Positions 61,683-64,000 of a DNA stretch of 64,000 nt are shown here, one piece after another. The first letter of the stretch is position 1; every line of letters begins with the position of its first letter. The notes beneath the pieces were generated by a model. That model was given only the letters and a program-made list of their open reading frames with translations. It was not told the DNA's origin and searched no databases. Source of the DNA: Torpedo marmorata (taxonomy: Eukaryota); the NCBI GenBank assembly GCA_977017645.1, contig OZ360234.1, forward strand, positions 10,540,001 to 10,604,000, in the 5' to 3' direction. A program made the position numbers and the translations under genes.

Positions 61683-64000
61683 TGGTATCAAATGGTTCAG
61701 CTTCTATAGTTCATTTTATCATTGGGATATGTGCTTAAACCACAGCTTGGATTTATCTGGAGGAAGAATTCCCATCAGGCTATGTAATTCCTGGCAATGC
61801 TCCATGGTATCTTTCCTTGGATAACTGTTGCCAATCAAAAATTTACAATTATCACTTCTCTTCCAGAAAGAATACACAAGCAAAATAGATCAGTTATAGA
61901 GCGATTTGTGTGAGTTACTCTCTCATGAATTACTTGCCCTCTCCTTGGCTCATCATACATATATTATTTATAACTGCACTGCATAATTAAGTGTGGGCTT
62001 TTTCTCATTGGCATCCAGTTCTTTCATAAAATTTTCTTCCAATATGATAAATATAAATGCGAACTATTATTTTTAGAATTTTTTAAAATTTTCTCTTTTA
62101 CCTTTTCGCTTCCTACATACAACCTCTACGAGGTTAAAAAAAGAAAATAATCAACAAGTTTTTTTTTTCTCTCTGATAAGCACTTGGGGCCATCCAAATC
62201 AAAAGGAATGAGTTGAACTGCCTGTTATCAGTCTAGGATAGCAAGCTCTCCTTGGGCTAGAGACAGCTCCTGTGTACTCAGCAGATGACCCAGAGTAATG
62301 GATCACAGAACAGAATACAAACCAGAAGGAAGTGATAGGTCACTTTAGTTTTTTTTTTCTTTTATCTTCTGATTTATGCACATAAAATTAGTTTGTTATA
62401 AATAAAGTACAGTAGTCTATAATATGAAAGCTATTGCACACCAAGGTTTAACACTAAGACTCTGCTAAATTTTGCCAGTGGTTTTAACTAGGTTCTAGGT
62501 TTCACCAGCAGAGTATGCGACTTAACCTGTCAGCTCATGCTCCACTACCTGAGTTCTCAAGTCCGGAGAGAAGCATAGAGATATGCAGGGAGATTGTCAG
62601 TAAAATTGTTCTTTCATTTTTGTTTCAATAATTTTACATACTGTTAAAACTTTATTTGAAGTTCACTTAAAAAAAATCTCAGACATTTAAAACTTGTTCA
62701 AATTACTGACAACTTTCACGGATAGCAAGGTCTCACATCCCAAGTTGTTAAAGGTTATCGGTGTTCATTTTAGGAGTGAGGATCTCTTCACTTTGCCTCC
62801 TGGGTCCCAGTCATAATCTGGACTACACTGCAGGCCTCCAGTATGCTGAGAACCAGCCCTCCAAACTTGCCGGTTTGGGCCCAGCAAGTGCAAACATGAG
62901 TCAACTGCACCCAACAATTCCTGGCAGTGAGCTAGGTACATTGTGATTGAGCTCAGTGATTTTCATCACTGTATCAAATCAAATTTAATATCTCATCTTC
63001 ATTGGTCATTATAGCTTGACACAAAAATTACCGCATTAATTTCTAATTTGGTGGAATTAGATATTTAGTCATGTTGGATGAATGAATCTCAATGCAACCT
63101 TCTGTCTAATATTGGGTCATATATCCTCAGAAACACAATCTGAAGCAGAAGTCAATGGGTGCATCACAGTGTACTGGCAATTCAACTCATTTCCAAACAA
63201 CTGCCTCCATTACTTGATAATTAATTAAAAATAACAGTCTCTCCATAAGAGCAAATTAATTTAACCAGGCCACAATACACACAAGCAACATCTATGGAAA
63301 GAAAACAACTTTCCAAAGATACTGCCTGACCCACTGAATATTTACAGAAAGTTGTATTTTTATTTCAGATTTCTATCATGTGCAGCTTTTTTAAATATAG
63401 CTTAGTTTGGTCGATATTGAGCCAGCATATCTCAGCTGTAGTGGTCTGTAGAGGCTAAAATTGGCCTCAGCAACCAATGAATCAGGCATTAAAGAGAAGA
63501 TGTCAGCTTGAGCAGATCAGCCATAATCATAATCAATAGCTAGGTTGGCTAGAGGTGCCAAGTAGACAACTCTTGATGCTATTATCTAATAGCTGTACAA
63601 GTCATAAGGAGCAGAAGAAAACAGATTGTAGCACTTGATCACCAACCAGCTTCCCTGTGCAAGTTTGTGAATATATTCATTGTGAATGTCAGGTGAAGAC
63701 AAGAATAGATTGCAGTTACACTCATCCCCTTCCACTGGTGCCTACAGTTGAATAATCTGTTGACACATATTGATAATTGACACTTTTGGAAAAAAAAAAT
63801 CCACAGAACTTAATGACAGTGAAGAAGCAACACTACAGCAAGCAGCAAAGTGGAGAAAAGAACTGAGTAAGACATATAAAATAAAAACGAGACTTATTTA
63901 TCATACATAACAGAAGACGGATCACTCAGTAAGCATTCAGCAAGCATAGAACAAAAAAAATCAAAGAAATGTCACTCTAAGCTAAAAGTATAAGAATTTC

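Noticed and set aside
1-64000. Prokaryotic-type system (operon, CRISPR, retron or DGR) built around the many RT ORFs
   Set aside because: All RTs carry non-LTR (Rex1, L1, CR1) or Gypsy motifs, most with tails or TSDs. There is no operon structure and no repeat-spacer array.

Overview
Repeat-dense eukaryotic (vertebrate) non-coding DNA, with no host protein-coding gene that I can recognise. The repeat content (V-SINE/HE1-like tRNA SINEs, a DeuSINE, CR1, Rex1/Babar, fish-type L1, Penelope with hammerhead cores) points to a cartilaginous fish, probably a ray; this is an inference from family composition. Almost every long ORF belongs to a transposable element: two Rex1/Babar LINE families (A with a (GATTCT)n tail, B with a (GACTT)n tail), several L1 lineages, CR1, Penelope-like GIY-YIG elements, a decayed Gypsy element, a solo LTR, a Helitron deletion derivative and Tigger/mariner-type MITEs. 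Many are nested with readable target-site duplications (TSDs). I found no convincing novel multi-gene system. The best leads are: two independent Rex1-B copies sharing the same inactivating 11-bp deletion; a 5S-rRNA-derived SINE and a Pol II-type non-autonomous element that share a Rex1-like 3' tail; Penelope hammerhead cores with compensatory stem changes; a clean twin-primed L1; a ~590-bp-arm L1 foldback; an L1 inserted into the homologous region of another L1; and an isolated hairpin next to an enhancer-like block. All coordinates were counted by eye and family names come from motif recognition, not database searches.
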